Shown piece after piece: positions 9,058 through 19,687 of a stretch of DNA of 64,000 nt. The notes beneath the pieces are model-generated. The model saw nothing but the letters and a program-made list of their open reading frames with translations, made no database searches and was not told where the DNA came from. Position numbers and translations under genes: made by a program. The stretch is from Candidatus Zixiibacteriota bacterium (lineage in GTDB: Bacteria; Zixibacteria; MSB-5A5; SM1-73). The DNA is taken from positions 1,135 through 65,134 of the forward strand of contig JBAVQU010000023.1 in the NCBI GenBank assembly GCA_049694315.1, written 5' to 3'. How positions within the stretch are numbered: position 1 is the first letter of the stretch; every line of letters starts with the position of its first letter.

Positions 9058-10413
9058 GTGCTAATCCGGAATCACTGTATGATTGTCGACGGAGAAAAGC
9101 AGCAATTGAAAAACAGGCAAGTGCCGAAACGTCGGGTGATCGTGGTTGGAGGAGGCGCAGCCGGTCTGATGGCTGCCGGCCAGGCTGCCGAACTGGGAGC
9201 AAAAACGCTCCTTCTTGAAAAGAAGCAGCGACTGGGCCTCAAGTTGAGCCTTACCGGCAAAGGGCGCTGTAACCTGACCAACACCGCACCCCTATTGGAT
9301 TTCATTACCCACTTCGGGGTGAATGGGCGTTTCCTCCGCCAGGCATTTTCCCGGTTCTTTTCCTCCGATCTGATCGATTTCTTTGGGAGCTTGGGGGTCC
9401 GCACCGTGACCGAACCGGATGGGCGCGTTTTTCCGGCCAGCGATGACGCACAGGGATTAGCGGATGCCTTGGCACGCTGGGTCCATGCCTGCGGCGTGAC
9501 GATCCTGACCCAATCGCCTGTGGACCGGTTGCTTGTGGAGAGAGGAAGGGTGGTGGGGGTGGAGGCGTCGGGCGGTCATCCAGGCAGAGCCAAAGTCTCG
9601 AACGGCAAACGTCCTTTTCGGCAGGTTTATCGCGCGGACGCGATCATAGTTGCTACCGGCGGCGCGTCTTATCCGTCCACCGGCTCGACCGGAGATGGGT
9701 ACCGACTGGCTGAGTCGGTGGGGCATGCTATCGTGCCCATTCGACCGGCGCTGGTTCCACTAGTGACGGCCGGGGATATTGCCCCGAGGCTCCAAGGGTT
9801 GAGCTTACGTAACGTGAAGGTCACTGTTTTAGTTAGTGGAAAAAAGAAAACCCAAGCCTCCGGCGAAATGATTTTTACACACTTTGGCATTTCCGGACCG
9901 AGGATCCTTTCGCTGAGCAAACAGATGGTGGACGCTCTGCGCTTGGAACGGAGAGTGACGATCTCCATTGATCTGGTTCCGGATCTCGACGAAAAGCAAC
10001 TGGACGAGCGTCTCTTACTTCATTTCCGAGTCCACGGCAGGCAACGGTTTCCCACATTGCTCAAGGAGTGGCTTCCCAATAAGCTCATCCCGGTTTGCAT
10101 AGACTTAACGGCGATTCCTTCAGACAAACTCGGGCACCAGATCACGGCAGATGAGCGGAAAAGCTTACGGCTGTGGCTGAAGGATTTTCGCTTGGAAGTG
10201 ACCGGGCATCGTCCCTTTACCGAGGCGACGGTCACCGCTGGTGGGGTGGATGTCAAAGAAATTGACCCGCGGACGCTGGCTTCACGACTGGTAGACGGTC
10301 TTTATTTCGCTGGCGAGGTTCTGGATATCGACGGTGACACGGGCGGCTATAATCTGCAAGCCGCCTTTTCTACCGGCTGGCTGGCTGGTCGATCCGCGGC
10401 AAAACGTGCATAG
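9058..10413 (+). CDS. HI0933-family NAD(P)/FAD-dependent oxidoreductase (aminoacetone-oxidase-like flavoprotein)
   Basis: Rossmann motif VIVVGGGAAGLMAAGQAAELGAKTLLLEK followed by GKGRCNLTN, which is typical of the HI0933/YhiN family. The start is ambiguous; an in-frame ATG at 9079 is an alternative. Confidence 0.75.
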   Translation: MLIRNHCMIVDGEKQQLKNRQVPKRRVIVVGGGAAGLMAAGQAAELGAKTLLLEKKQRLGLKLSLTGKGRCNLTNTAPLLDFITHFGVNGRFLRQAFSRFFSSDLIDFFGSLGVRTVTEPDGRVFPASDDAQGLADALARWVHACGVTILTQSPVDRLLVERGRVVGVEASGGHPGRAKVSNGKRPFRQVYRADAIIVATGGASYPSTGSTGDGYRLAESVGHAIVPIRPALVPLVTAGDIAPRLQGLSLRNVKVTVLVSGKKKTQASGEMIFTHFGISGPRILSLSKQMVDALRLERRVTISIDLVPDLDEKQLDERLLLHFRVHGRQRFPTLLKEWLPNKLIPVCIDLTAIPSDKLGHQITADERKSLRLWLKDFRLEVTGHRPFTEATVTAGGVDVKEIDPRTLASRLVDGLYFAGEVLDIDGDTGGYNLQAAFSTGWLAGRSAAKRA

Positions 10414-10579
10414 GACTACCTCCACGCACGGAAAGACTCATAAGGTGCGTCAGCCCGTCGAAATCGGTAGGTTTGCCCCCTAATCTTCAAGTTTTCCCAC
10501 TATCGCGTCCGGTACACTCTCCGCAGACCGAAGATTAGTCATGATACCTTCTATTTGCTCGAAACTCTAAAAAATGTCC

Positions 10580-10608
10580 TTGACAAGCCCTACTTGGCAT
10601 GCCATATT
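10580..10608 (+). promoter_or_regulatory. Sigma70-like promoter candidate (TTGACA-N17-CATATT)
   Basis: TTGACA at 10580-10585, a 17-nt spacer, then CATATT at 10603-10608. It lies about 130 nt upstream of the metallophosphoesterase start. Confidence 0.3.
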
Positions 10609-10737
10609 GTCTTGGTCAAATGATAATACTTGCTGTAAAAGGACGGTAGCGGCGGATTATATTCACGTTGTATGTGAAACTAACCCATCCGTGAATCTGG
10701 ATTACCGTGTACCGTTTATAATCAGGAGGGCGTGGTC

Positions 10738-11781
10738 ATGTCACAAGATAAAGCGTTGACCAGGCAGAGGCTGGCTGAATTGTGGGGGTCTGAAGAGGTT
10801 CCTGTGCTTGATACACAAGCACACAAGTACGCGATCATTAGCGACATTCACTTAGGAGACGGCGGGGGAGCCGACGATTTCCACGAAAACGAGGAAACGC
10901 TTCTGACGGCGTTGGATCATTACAACAGAGAAGGCTATTCGCTGATATTGCTGGGCGACATTGAGGAGTTTTGGCAATTTGATCTGGACAAGATTCTCCA
11001 GCGATATCAGGGCACAATCTATAGTAAAATCAAAGCTTTCGGAGACAACCGGGTGTATCGCGTTTTCGGGAATCATGATTCTGAATGGAAGAGGTTTGAA
11101 GATCCCGTAAAGAACAACCCTCCCAAACTACAAGGTGCAACGGAAGCACTGAAATTGAAGGACAAGGACGGCAACGTACGCATCCTGCTGATACACGGTC
11201 ATCAGGGAAGCACGGAGTCGGACAGAGATAGCTGGTTTAGCCGTTTTTGGGTGCGGCTATACAGCAAAGTGGAACCGGTCCTCAAACTCGACCCTCACAC
11301 TGAGGCCACCAAGTCGCAAATAACGAAGGATTACGAGCAGGTCATGTACTCGTGGGCAAAGGAAGCAAAGGTGATACTGATCTGTGGGCATTCACATCGT
11401 GCTATCTTTGCTGCCAAATCATATGCAGAGGTGTTGGAGGACAAAATTGCTGACCGGCAAGCGGAAATCTATGCCAATCGAACTAATGTGGAACTGGTGA
11501 AACAGAATCTTAAAGAGATAGCCAGGTTAATTAAAGAATCGCTATCGGAGAAGCTCAAGGGCAGAGAGATCGATGCGACGGACCCAGAGGGTAAGCCTGT
11601 GCCCTGCTATTTCAACACCGGATGTGCGCTCTATACGGATGGAATTACGGCCATAGAAATGGCCGACGACAAGATAAGATTGGTTAAATGGGACAGAGAT
11701 ACCTCGAAGGTTCCACGCTTTGAAGCATATCAGGAGGGTGTCTTGAGTTCATTTGTTAGCAAGGTGGTCAACCAGGTTTAG
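10738..11781 (+). CDS. Calcineurin-like metallophosphoesterase
   Basis: Motifs ISDIHLGDGG, LLGDIEEFWQF, VFGNHDSEW, LLIHGHQG and ICGHSHRAI. AGGAGGG Shine-Dalgarno lies 7 nt upstream of the ATG at 10738; the ORF track starts at a GTG at 10732. Confidence 0.8.
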   Translation: MSQDKALTRQRLAELWGSEEVPVLDTQAHKYAIISDIHLGDGGGADDFHENEETLLTALDHYNREGYSLILLGDIEEFWQFDLDKILQRYQGTIYSKIKAFGDNRVYRVFGNHDSEWKRFEDPVKNNPPKLQGATEALKLKDKDGNVRILLIHGHQGSTESDRDSWFSRFWVRLYSKVEPVLKLDPHTEATKSQITKDYEQVMYSWAKEAKVILICGHSHRAIFAAKSYAEVLEDKIADRQAEIYANRTNVELVKQNLKEIARLIKESLSEKLKGREIDATDPEGKPVPCYFNTGCALYTDGITAIEMADDKIRLVKWDRDTSKVPRFEAYQEGVLSSFVSKVVNQV

Positions 11782-11940
11782 TCGACTACGAGAATTGCCA
11801 CTGTCGAGTGAATCCCGGAATCGTTCCATATTCCAGTCCGGGTTTCTCATCACCTCCGACGCTTTCTCCTCCGACCGCTCACTTTTTATACAGGCGGTGT
11901 CCCCAGGCTTGTTTCCGCAAAACTCCAATACGGTTTGCTG

Positions 11941-13584
11941 TCATTGTTTCAGCATTGATTCAGGTACCTCTTCTCTCTTCACTGGCAGGCGGAACTGATT
12001 GGGGCGTGACCTCACGACTTCTCGCAGCCAGCTTTCGGGATAGCCTTTCTCCTGTGGGCGGCCTTTTTCGTCCTTCACATATCCATCGTTGTATTTGGTT
12101 ATCAGATATTCCCCCAGTTCCTTCCATCGAGATGCCACCAGCTCGGCGTGGCTGACAGAATAATAAGTTAGATAGCGGGTCAAGAGCTTTGGATCAGACT
12201 TAGCGAGATCGACCGCGGCTTTCTCTACCGATGGCTGAAGCGCCAAGAATGTTCCTTCGATGTCGCGCTGGACTCCTTGAATCTCCGGCAACATATAAGA
12301 GTATTTCAGATTAGCGAAATTCGCCACAAAGTTGAACACCCACCAGGCAGAGTCCCAAGAGAACTTGTTTGAACTGCCGACAGTGTATGATCTCGGGACA
12401 GTGTCGATGCCACAGTAAAGCGGGAAATAGCACGTGGTGTAAGTGTCATCCACGCCGTACCAATGCACACCACCCACAGCATTCGGCAACCATGAGCGGC
12501 ATTGGGAGACAAACGAATAAGCGGTCTGCTGGGTGGAGATGGGACGCTCCCAGGCATATTCAAGGCTGTCCACCATCCAGGTAATTGGTCGCGAGCGATT
12601 GGGAGAGCCATAAGGTCCGGCATCGATTCCTTTGGTCATGTCGTAATCGGTTCCCTCGTAATGATCGCGCATCAAAGCGAATACGTCAGCCAAAGAGAGT
12701 CTCTTATCCGGTTTGATCCAGAGAGGATAAGGCTTTGCTCCTTCGACCGCGCGGTCGTAATCGGGCGAAAAGCTCTGCGAGGGCGCTGCCCGGCGGAAAA
12801 TGCTCCAGACACGTGTGTCGGCGTAGCGCTGGTTTTTCGGTGTGGCAGGACAATAAGCGTCACAGAACCGGAACGGTTTGCCCGATTTGGGATCGTAATA
12901 TCCTTTTTCTATGGCGAATGAAATCACATTAGCAGAATAAAGACAGTTCTTCTTATCCTTGAGCGGAAACTCGCCGATGCGGGCCTTATTCGCGTGGCAC
13001 GATATGTAACCCTCCGGAATCTTAAGCGCTACCCACTCGGCGCCATGGCCACCGGAATCGGGCCCGATCATCTCCATTATCCAAGCTTCTTTTGGGTCAG
13101 CGATAGAAAACGATTCGCCAGTAGAGCGGTAGCCATATTCTTCGACCAGATCAGTCATGACTTTGATTGCTTCCCGGACGGTCTTGGCCCGTTCCAAGGC
13201 CAGTTGCATTAGGTCCCAGTATTCCAACAACCCGTCGGGATTATGCAGCTCCTCGCGGCCGTCAAAGGTGGTCTCGCTGATGGTCAACTGATGTTCGTTC
13301 ATCAGACCGACGACAGCATAGGTGTGCGGCACTTGCTTTGCCTTACCACGAACCTTGTCGTGCCAATCGGTTATCTGCACTGAATCCCCTGGCTGGTGAT
13401 CTGCCGCAGGATAGTACTCCAGATGAGGAAGGAATTCTGCATCACAAGTATAGGTGATCATCACGGAGCCATCCTCCGAAGCTCCCTTGGTGACCAGCAA
13501 GTTAGTGCAAGCCTTGAGTTGCGCGACAGATAATGCAACATAAGCCATTAGCCAGATCATTAGGGCAGACGGTCGTTTCTTCAT
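11941..13584 (-). CDS. C69-family (Ntn-hydrolase) dipeptidase, secreted
   Basis: After a signal peptide (MKKRPSALMIWLMAYVALSVAQLKA) the mature protein starts with Cys (CTNLLVTKGASEDGSVMITYTCD), the C69 nucleophile arrangement. Start placed at the Met at 13584, which has a GGAGGG RBS, rather than the upstream Met of the long ORF. Confidence 0.75.
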   Translation of the reverse strand: MKKRPSALMIWLMAYVALSVAQLKACTNLLVTKGASEDGSVMITYTCDAEFLPHLEYYPAADHQPGDSVQITDWHDKVRGKAKQVPHTYAVVGLMNEHQLTISETTFDGREELHNPDGLLEYWDLMQLALERAKTVREAIKVMTDLVEEYGYRSTGESFSIADPKEAWIMEMIGPDSGGHGAEWVALKIPEGYISCHANKARIGEFPLKDKKNCLYSANVISFAIEKGYYDPKSGKPFRFCDAYCPATPKNQRYADTRVWSIFRRAAPSQSFSPDYDRAVEGAKPYPLWIKPDKRLSLADVFALMRDHYEGTDYDMTKGIDAGPYGSPNRSRPITWMVDSLEYAWERPISTQQTAYSFVSQCRSWLPNAVGGVHWYGVDDTYTTCYFPLYCGIDTVPRSYTVGSSNKFSWDSAWWVFNFVANFANLKYSYMLPEIQGVQRDIEGTFLALQPSVEKAAVDLAKSDPKLLTRYLTYYSVSHAELVASRWKELGEYLITKYNDGYVKDEKGRPQEKGYPESWLREVVRSRPNQFRLPVKREEVPESMLKQ

Positions 13585-13793
13585 ACGATTACCCTCCCGA
13601 TTATTGTTTTTGCTATTCCTTAGACAAACAGGACTTGTCCAAGGACCATTTTGATGCATAACCTGGAGTGTTTACCTTTAGGTCAACCGGACGACAGTCA
13701 CCGGTCGCATCCAGAATCTTCAATCAAGCAGCTACGTTACATCGCCCGTCGCAGGGGGGAGGCTTGACAATCCTGAAGATAGTCAAAATCGCT

Positions 13794-14558
13794 TTATTCC
13801 ACGACAACAGCCAGGGTAGCCGCAAAGACGTTTTCTGCCCCGGCCTCAAGAACCGTTCGTGCACATTCATTCAGGGTAGCTCCGGTGGTGGTTACGTCGT
13901 CCACCAAGATGATGTTTTTACCTCCGATTTTTTCCCGCTGCTTTACGGCAAAAGCACCTCGCACGTTTTCCGATCTTTGTTGCGCATTTAGATAGGTTTG
14001 ATCCCGGGTGTTCTTTTTTCTAATGAGGAGATCTTTCAGCAGAGGTATCTCGGTTGCCTGACAGATGCCTTGTGATAGGATTTCGCTCTGATTGAAACCT
14101 CGTTCCCTGCGCCGAGCGCGGTGCAGAGGAACCGGAATCACAAAATCAAATTCCAACCACTCCTTTTCCTGCGCCACTTTCTCACCTAATCTTTGCCCCA
14201 GTCGCCTGCCCAAAGGGATTTTTCCATCATACTTTAGTCGATGAATGAGCTTCTGGTAATGGTCGTCGAAAGTCCCCAGCGATCTGACCGCGATGATTTT
14301 TCGATCTTCAGGTTTCCTCAAATGCGGACACAAGTGTCCGGTCAATGTCTCATGGTCTTCGAAAATGGATTTGCAGTACGGACAGAAAGGGGCGGGTAAA
14401 ACGGCTAAGACATTCCAGCAGTCGTCGCAAACATCCTTTTCGTTTCTGCCCAAAGGTCTTCCACAAATGGGGCAGGTCTGAGGATAAACGAAGTCTAAGA
14501 GGTCGTCTTTTAGTCCCAGGAGAAAGCCTTTTATCTTGAGGGAAGACATCAAACTCAA
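13794..14558 (-). CDS. comF: ComF-family protein / predicted phosphoribosyltransferase
   Basis: N-terminal zinc-ribbon cysteines CPICGRP...CDDCW. C-terminal PRTase motif NIILVDDVTTTGATLNE. Confidence 0.8.
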   Translation of the reverse strand: MSLMSSLKIKGFLLGLKDDLLDFVYPQTCPICGRPLGRNEKDVCDDCWNVLAVLPAPFCPYCKSIFEDHETLTGHLCPHLRKPEDRKIIAVRSLGTFDDHYQKLIHRLKYDGKIPLGRRLGQRLGEKVAQEKEWLEFDFVIPVPLHRARRRERGFNQSEILSQGICQATEIPLLKDLLIRKKNTRDQTYLNAQQRSENVRGAFAVKQREKIGGKNIILVDDVTTTGATLNECARTVLEAGAENVFAATLAVVVE

Positions 14559-14590
14559 ATAGAATAGAGGGCAGGTTTTGGGGTATTATT

Positions 14591-15421
14591 TCACGCCGGC
14601 CCCATCTCCGTGGTCCGGGTTCCTTTTGACTTCTTTCTCAGATAATTCCACATGATGATGGACAGAATGAAGATTAAAATGGTCAAAGCCTGATTGACGG
14701 TGAGGCGTGCCCCGCCTATTCTGGCGAAGATCATGCTGTCTTCATAGTAGCGAAACAAGTCTAAGGTGAATCTTCCTACCGAATAGAAAGCTAGCATCAA
14801 CCACAAGGTAAAGCCGTCGAAACGCTTGAATCTCTCCAGCCATAAGAGAATTCCAAAAATCAGGAACCCTTTCAATGAGGCAGCCAGCTGAATAGGGAAA
14901 AGGGGAGTGTTAGGAAATACGTATCCTGCCGGAGAGTCGGGCGGAAAAATTACTGCCAAACAGCTATGACTGGGTTCGCCAAAACAACAGCCGTTCAAGA
15001 AACAGCCAATGCGGGCGATCCCCAAGCCCAACATGACGGATGGAGCCACGATGTCACCGATCCTCCAGATGTTCAGCTTTTTTGCACGCAGGTAGACCAT
15101 GCTGCAGACGATTGATAGAATCAGTCCTCCGAACATGGAAAGTCCGCCGATGCCGATCTCCCCTGAGCTTTGAATGGGGTTGATCATGTCTAAGACGTGG
15201 CCTTTGAACTCCTCGAGATGATAGATGACATAAAAGAACCTGGCCCCGACTAAAGACGAGATGAGAATGATCAAGGACAAGTCGGGAAGCCAGGCTGAGC
15301 CTATCTTCGCTTTCTTCGCTCTTCTGGCTGCCAGCCAAATACCCAAAATGAAGGCCGAGGCCAAGAGAAATCCGTAAGTCCTTACTGCCACCGGTCCAAG
15401 CCTGATCAGCACCGGGTGCAT
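14591..15421 (-). CDS. lgt: Prolipoprotein diacylglyceryl transferase
   Basis: 276-aa polytopic membrane protein. Start MHPVLIRLGPVAVRTYGFLL. Conserved GLGIARIGCFLNGCCFGEP signature region. Confidence 0.9.
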   Translation of the reverse strand: MHPVLIRLGPVAVRTYGFLLASAFILGIWLAARRAKKAKIGSAWLPDLSLIILISSLVGARFFYVIYHLEEFKGHVLDMINPIQSSGEIGIGGLSMFGGLILSIVCSMVYLRAKKLNIWRIGDIVAPSVMLGLGIARIGCFLNGCCFGEPSHSCLAVIFPPDSPAGYVFPNTPLFPIQLAASLKGFLIFGILLWLERFKRFDGFTLWLMLAFYSVGRFTLDLFRYYEDSMIFARIGGARLTVNQALTILIFILSIIMWNYLRKKSKGTRTTEMGPA

Positions 15422-15679
15422 GATTTTACCTCAATTTGGTTTCCGATGTTTTGCTCTCCAAATGCTTTCTGGCCGGATGAATCCGACCGCCACACAAAAA
15501 CTCAAGGTGCAAAATGCAAGGCACAAAATACGGAATACAGAATGAAAATCCAAAGACATTCGGCTTCCAATAATCCTACACGTTGGGTCGCAATACCTTT
15601 CTTTGAATCTTGGTCTTTCGGATCGGATGAATCCGACCCCGACGAACCGTATCCATTACGCACTCTTGCTCAGGCCACA

Positions 15680-16903
15680 TCAATAATCGGACCATCTGGC
15701 GTTGATGGCCAAGAGGAGTCCCACTATCAGCCAGCTTAACAGCATGGAGGAGCCGCCATAGCTGACGAAAGGCAAGGGGAGACCGGTCACCGGCATCACC
15801 CCCAGAGTCATCCCGACATTTACCAGCATCTGGAAGCCAAGAACCGAGGTTAACCCTATAGCCACATTGCTGGCAAAGGCATTTCGGCTCTTTTGGGCAA
15901 TCAATATTCCCTTGTAGATGAGAAAGGAGAACAACCCGAGAAGAATGAGTCCGCCCCACAGTCCGAATTCCTCCCCCAATACCGAGAAGACGAAATCGGT
16001 ATGTTGATGAGGCAGGAATGCCAATTTGGTCTGACTTCCCTGTAGATATCCTTTTCCCAATAGCCCACCCGATCCGATGGCGACTTTGGATTGAATTATC
16101 TGATAGCCCGCCCCGCGCGGGTCCCTTCCCGGATCCAAAAAGACGATGATGCGCTCTTTTTGATAATCATGCAGTTTGTTCCAGATTAAGGGCGTGATCA
16201 TACCGAAGGATAGGTTGAGGAGAAGAAAGCCCACAGAGATAACGAAGCCGGGTCTGGTGCGATAAAGCAGAACCAACAGGAGCAGAAAAAACAGGCCCCA
16301 GGACAGCCAGTGAAAGGCACACACCAGACTGACGAAAGGGGAGACTATCAGAAAAAGATAGGGCCAGGGCACCCCGGACCAGAAAAGCATGGATACGAAA
16401 ATGGCAAAGAAGACCAAGGAGGTCCCCAGATCCGGCTGCTTGAGAATCAATACCGCGGGAATAAACGCAAGACCCAACACGGTGGCCAGCCATTTGAGGC
16501 TGTAAATGGAACGCTTGGTATAGGTCAGATACCGGGCCAAAGAAAAGACGGTGGCGATCTTGGCAAACTCGGAAGGCTGAATGTTGAAACCCGCCACGGA
16601 TGCCCAGCGTGCCGCTCCCAGCCTGGTCGAGCCAAACGCCAAGATCAGCATCAAGGCCAGCAAGGAAAGGAAATACAGTGCATACGAAAAGATCTCGTAG
16701 AGCCTCAATGGCACGAAAAGCGTGAGAACGCAGGCCGAGACGCCCAGCAGTATCCAGATCGCTTGCTTGACATAGTACCCTTTCTCCGCGGGATTCTCGC
16801 TGTAATGCTTCGCACTATAGATCAAGAGCACGCCGACTAAAGAGAGGATCAAAGCTATGACAAAAAGCGTTAAGTCAAAATCCTTGCCGCGAAAACTGAT
16901 CAT
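15680..16903 (-). CDS. rodA: SEDS-family peptidoglycan glycosyltransferase RodA
   Basis: 407-aa polytopic FtsW/RodA-like membrane protein. It sits immediately downstream of PBP2 within the mreC-mreD-mrdA cluster. Confidence 0.85.
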   Translation of the reverse strand: MISFRGKDFDLTLFVIALILSLVGVLLIYSAKHYSENPAEKGYYVKQAIWILLGVSACVLTLFVPLRLYEIFSYALYFLSLLALMLILAFGSTRLGAARWASVAGFNIQPSEFAKIATVFSLARYLTYTKRSIYSLKWLATVLGLAFIPAVLILKQPDLGTSLVFFAIFVSMLFWSGVPWPYLFLIVSPFVSLVCAFHWLSWGLFFLLLLVLLYRTRPGFVISVGFLLLNLSFGMITPLIWNKLHDYQKERIIVFLDPGRDPRGAGYQIIQSKVAIGSGGLLGKGYLQGSQTKLAFLPHQHTDFVFSVLGEEFGLWGGLILLGLFSFLIYKGILIAQKSRNAFASNVAIGLTSVLGFQMLVNVGMTLGVMPVTGLPLPFVSYGGSSMLLSWLIVGLLLAINARWSDY

Positions 16904-16959
16904 AATCGGTCCACCTAATCCATACGCCCTGAACTCTTCCCCTTACCTAAGAAGTAAGG

Positions 16960-18894
16960 TCAATCCGTGCTGGCTGCCACTGCGTGATTCTGCTGCTGCG
17001 GCACGGTATCCTTCTTTAAGTATTTCTCCATGATTCTTTCGGCAATCGGCGCGGCATAAGTTCCTCCGTGCCCGGCATTCTCGATTAGGACTACGACCAC
17101 TATCTTTGGATATTCAGCCGGGGCGTAGCCAGCGAACCAGGCATGAGCCTCCCCGTGAGGATTCTGGGCGGTGCCGGTCTTCCCGGCCGCGGTGATGTCA
17201 GGGATTCGAGCCTGAGTTCCGGTGCCTGAAGGGTTGTTTACTGCGCCAATCATGGCTTGCTGCAGTGTTCTTAAGGTCTCCGACGAAAACGGAAGATGGC
17301 CTTTCACCTTCGGGGGGGTGGAAGTGATCTCGCCGTCCAAGGTGCTGGTTTCCTTCAAAAGGTGGGGGACGTAAACCGTGCCGTCTGTGGACAACGCACC
17401 GTAAAAGACCGCCAGTTGAAGCGGGCTTACCAAAATCTCCCCTTGCCCGATGGCCAGGTTGATCACCAGGTTATTCACCCACTCGCCTTTCCCGAACTTC
17501 CTCTGGTAGTACTCCGGCGTGGGGATAAAACCTTTCGCCTCATCCGGAAGATCGATCCCGGTTCTCTGTCCGAACCCGCATAATTGCGCGTACCGACTCC
17601 ACCTCTCCAAGCCCACTCTCAGCCCCAGTTGATAGAAATACACGTCACAGGACTGAATGATGGCATCTATAAGGCTCAAACTTCCATGTCCTTCCGGTCT
17701 CCAACACGCAAATGCTCTTTTTCCAAACTGGAAGGAGCCGTGGCAAGGTGAGAAGAAGGTGTTTCTGTCGGCAAGTTTCGTCTCCAAAGCCACGGCTGCG
17801 GTGAGAAGCTTGAAAGTCGATCCCGGAGGATACGTGGCCTGGATCGGACGGGTGAGGAGGGGATGAAGAGGATTTTGCACGATCTCGCTCCACTGGGCAG
17901 TCGACAAGGCTCCGGCAAAGAGATTCGCATCCAGGCCCGGTTTGCTTACTAAGGCCAATATCTCTCCGTTCTGGGGGTCCAAGGCGACCACCGCTGCGCT
18001 TTGATAGTCGGTCAAGGCAGACTCGGCCACAGCCTGAAGGCGCAGATCGATGGTCAGTTTGACGTCGGCGCCGGCCACGGGAGGATCAGGTTTTCTCTCC
18101 TCCAGAGAGCCCAAAATCTTGCCGCTGGCCGTTACCTCCTGAAAGACCAGCCCGTCCTTTCCTCGGAGAAGATCGTCGTATTGCTTCTCGATTCCCCTTC
18201 GACCTACGATCCCTCCCGGACGGAAAGCTTGTTCCGGAGTGCTCTGGGACAATTCCTCCTTGGTCGGCTCGCTCACGTAACCGATGACATGGCCGACCCA
18301 GCCGGCCTCCAAATATCTTCGGGTTGGCTCCACCTGGTAAATCACCCCGGGCAGATCCTCGTTCTGCTCTTGGATGGAGGAGATGGCGTTGAAGTCGGCG
18401 TCCTTATAAAGCTTTATGGGCTGGTAGCCTTTGGACCAGTTGGAGCTTATCTCTTCCTCCAACAGGAGAGGGTCCAATTTCAGGCATGAGGCCAGGCGAT
18501 CCACCAACGGGGTCAAATCTCTCATCTTGACCGTGCCCCGGTTCTTGGGAAAGGCTTGCGCCAGTTTGTAGGGGATGAGAGAGACGGTGTAGGTGGGACG
18601 ATCCGTAGCGATGATTTCTCCGTTTCTATCTCTCACTATTCCGCGGGAAGCAGGCAGCGGCAAGGGGAGTATCTGATTGTCCTGAGCAATCTGGCCGTAG
18701 TGGCTGCCTCTGACCACCTGCAGGAAGAACAGCCTTCCCGCCAAAAGCAAGAAGATCGCTCCCAAAAGACACACCAATGTCTTTGCCCTCCTTTGTGCAG
18801 GAACGAACCCAGAGACCAGCTTCCTCCAGAGAGATTCACCGGAGCCTGCCGATAGACTGTGTGGATCTTTGGCTAAACGGACCATTTCTGCCAT
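16960..18894 (-). CDS. mrdA: Penicillin-binding protein 2 (elongasome transpeptidase)
   Basis: N-terminal TM anchor. Transpeptidase motifs STFK, SCD and KTGTA. Position between mreD and rodA. Confidence 0.9.
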   Translation of the reverse strand: MAEMVRLAKDPHSLSAGSGESLWRKLVSGFVPAQRRAKTLVCLLGAIFLLLAGRLFFLQVVRGSHYGQIAQDNQILPLPLPASRGIVRDRNGEIIATDRPTYTVSLIPYKLAQAFPKNRGTVKMRDLTPLVDRLASCLKLDPLLLEEEISSNWSKGYQPIKLYKDADFNAISSIQEQNEDLPGVIYQVEPTRRYLEAGWVGHVIGYVSEPTKEELSQSTPEQAFRPGGIVGRRGIEKQYDDLLRGKDGLVFQEVTASGKILGSLEERKPDPPVAGADVKLTIDLRLQAVAESALTDYQSAAVVALDPQNGEILALVSKPGLDANLFAGALSTAQWSEIVQNPLHPLLTRPIQATYPPGSTFKLLTAAVALETKLADRNTFFSPCHGSFQFGKRAFACWRPEGHGSLSLIDAIIQSCDVYFYQLGLRVGLERWSRYAQLCGFGQRTGIDLPDEAKGFIPTPEYYQRKFGKGEWVNNLVINLAIGQGEILVSPLQLAVFYGALSTDGTVYVPHLLKETSTLDGEITSTPPKVKGHLPFSSETLRTLQQAMIGAVNNPSGTGTQARIPDITAAGKTGTAQNPHGEAHAWFAGYAPAEYPKIVVVVLIENAGHGGTYAAPIAERIMEKYLKKDTVPQQQNHAVAASTD

Positions 18895-19057
18895 CTTGAT
18901 TTCAGTCGCAGTCGCAGTTTTTTCCCAAATAGACTCATAATGCGATTCTTCATAAGTTGAAGCGAATTAGGGGAAGGGTCTGTACTTTCATTCTCTGCAT
19001 GAACCCACTTCTCTGTTACGGGGTTATCCGCGAGATACAGTCTTCTCCTCGCCTGAA

Positions 19058-19561
19058 CTAACCAGCGTCGGTTTCCATGCCCCATCGCTCCCATCGAACC
19101 CTGCCCAGAGCAGCGAAAATGAATATGCCCACAATCGACGTGTATAAGGCGGACGGCAGGGAATCATGAGTCAGTATTCTCAAAGTGGAGCCGTTGATGC
19201 CCGTGGTGAAAACGTAGTAGAGAACGTCATTTACGACCAGGGCGAAGAACACCATTCCTCCTCTCGAAAGCAGGCTGTCCAAAAAGAGACTGTCTTTGAA
19301 ACTCCCCACGCTGAAGCCAATCAGACACTTGACCAGTGCTCCCCATCCCAGTGTTTGGGGCGTGAAAACGTCTAAGAGAAGACCGATCAAAAAACCGAAG
19401 GTCACACCGAAGGCCGGTCCCCGGCTTAAGGCTACATATACCAAAAGAACGATGGAGAGGTCGAATTTGACACCCATTATGGCCACGGCGCCGGAGAAGA
19501 AGCTTTGGAAAAGTATGAATATCAAAAGGAGCAAGGCTCCGAAAACTATTCTCGAAACCAT
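19058..19561 (-). CDS. mreD: Rod shape-determining protein MreD
   Basis: 167-aa polytopic membrane protein placed between mreC and mrdA. Confidence 0.7.
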   Translation of the reverse strand: MVSRIVFGALLLLIFILFQSFFSGAVAIMGVKFDLSIVLLVYVALSRGPAFGVTFGFLIGLLLDVFTPQTLGWGALVKCLIGFSVGSFKDSLFLDSLLSRGGMVFFALVVNDVLYYVFTTGINGSTLRILTHDSLPSALYTSIVGIFIFAALGRVRWERWGMETDAG

Positions 19562-19687
19562 GATGTTTCCCCAGAACCCGGGCCTCTTTGGAGTCGCTCT
19601 GGGTTACCTTTGTAAGGCAGAACTCATCCTCGATCAGGCCAGGCGACAATCAACAGAGCACGTCCTGAAGTACGGCTCATCTTTCTC

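Noticed and set aside
9058-10413. Several antisense ORFs (9072-9404, 9457-9726, 9669-9968 and others) overlapping the flavoprotein gene
   Set aside because: They are Arg/Pro-rich reverse-frame artefacts. The sense-strand product has a clear Rossmann motif.
10732-11781. Metallophosphoesterase as the effector of a Lamassu-type or other defence system
   Set aside because: There is no SMC-like, ATPase or other defence partner nearby. Its neighbours are a flavoprotein and a peptidase, so it is treated as a housekeeping phosphoesterase.
16310-16840. 176-aa plus-strand ORF antisense to rodA, and similar antisense ORFs in pbp2, the C69 peptidase, YfhO-like and GT genes
   Set aside because: They have Gly/Arg/Pro-rich composition typical of reverse-frame translation of GC-skewed genes and no motifs, so they are spurious.
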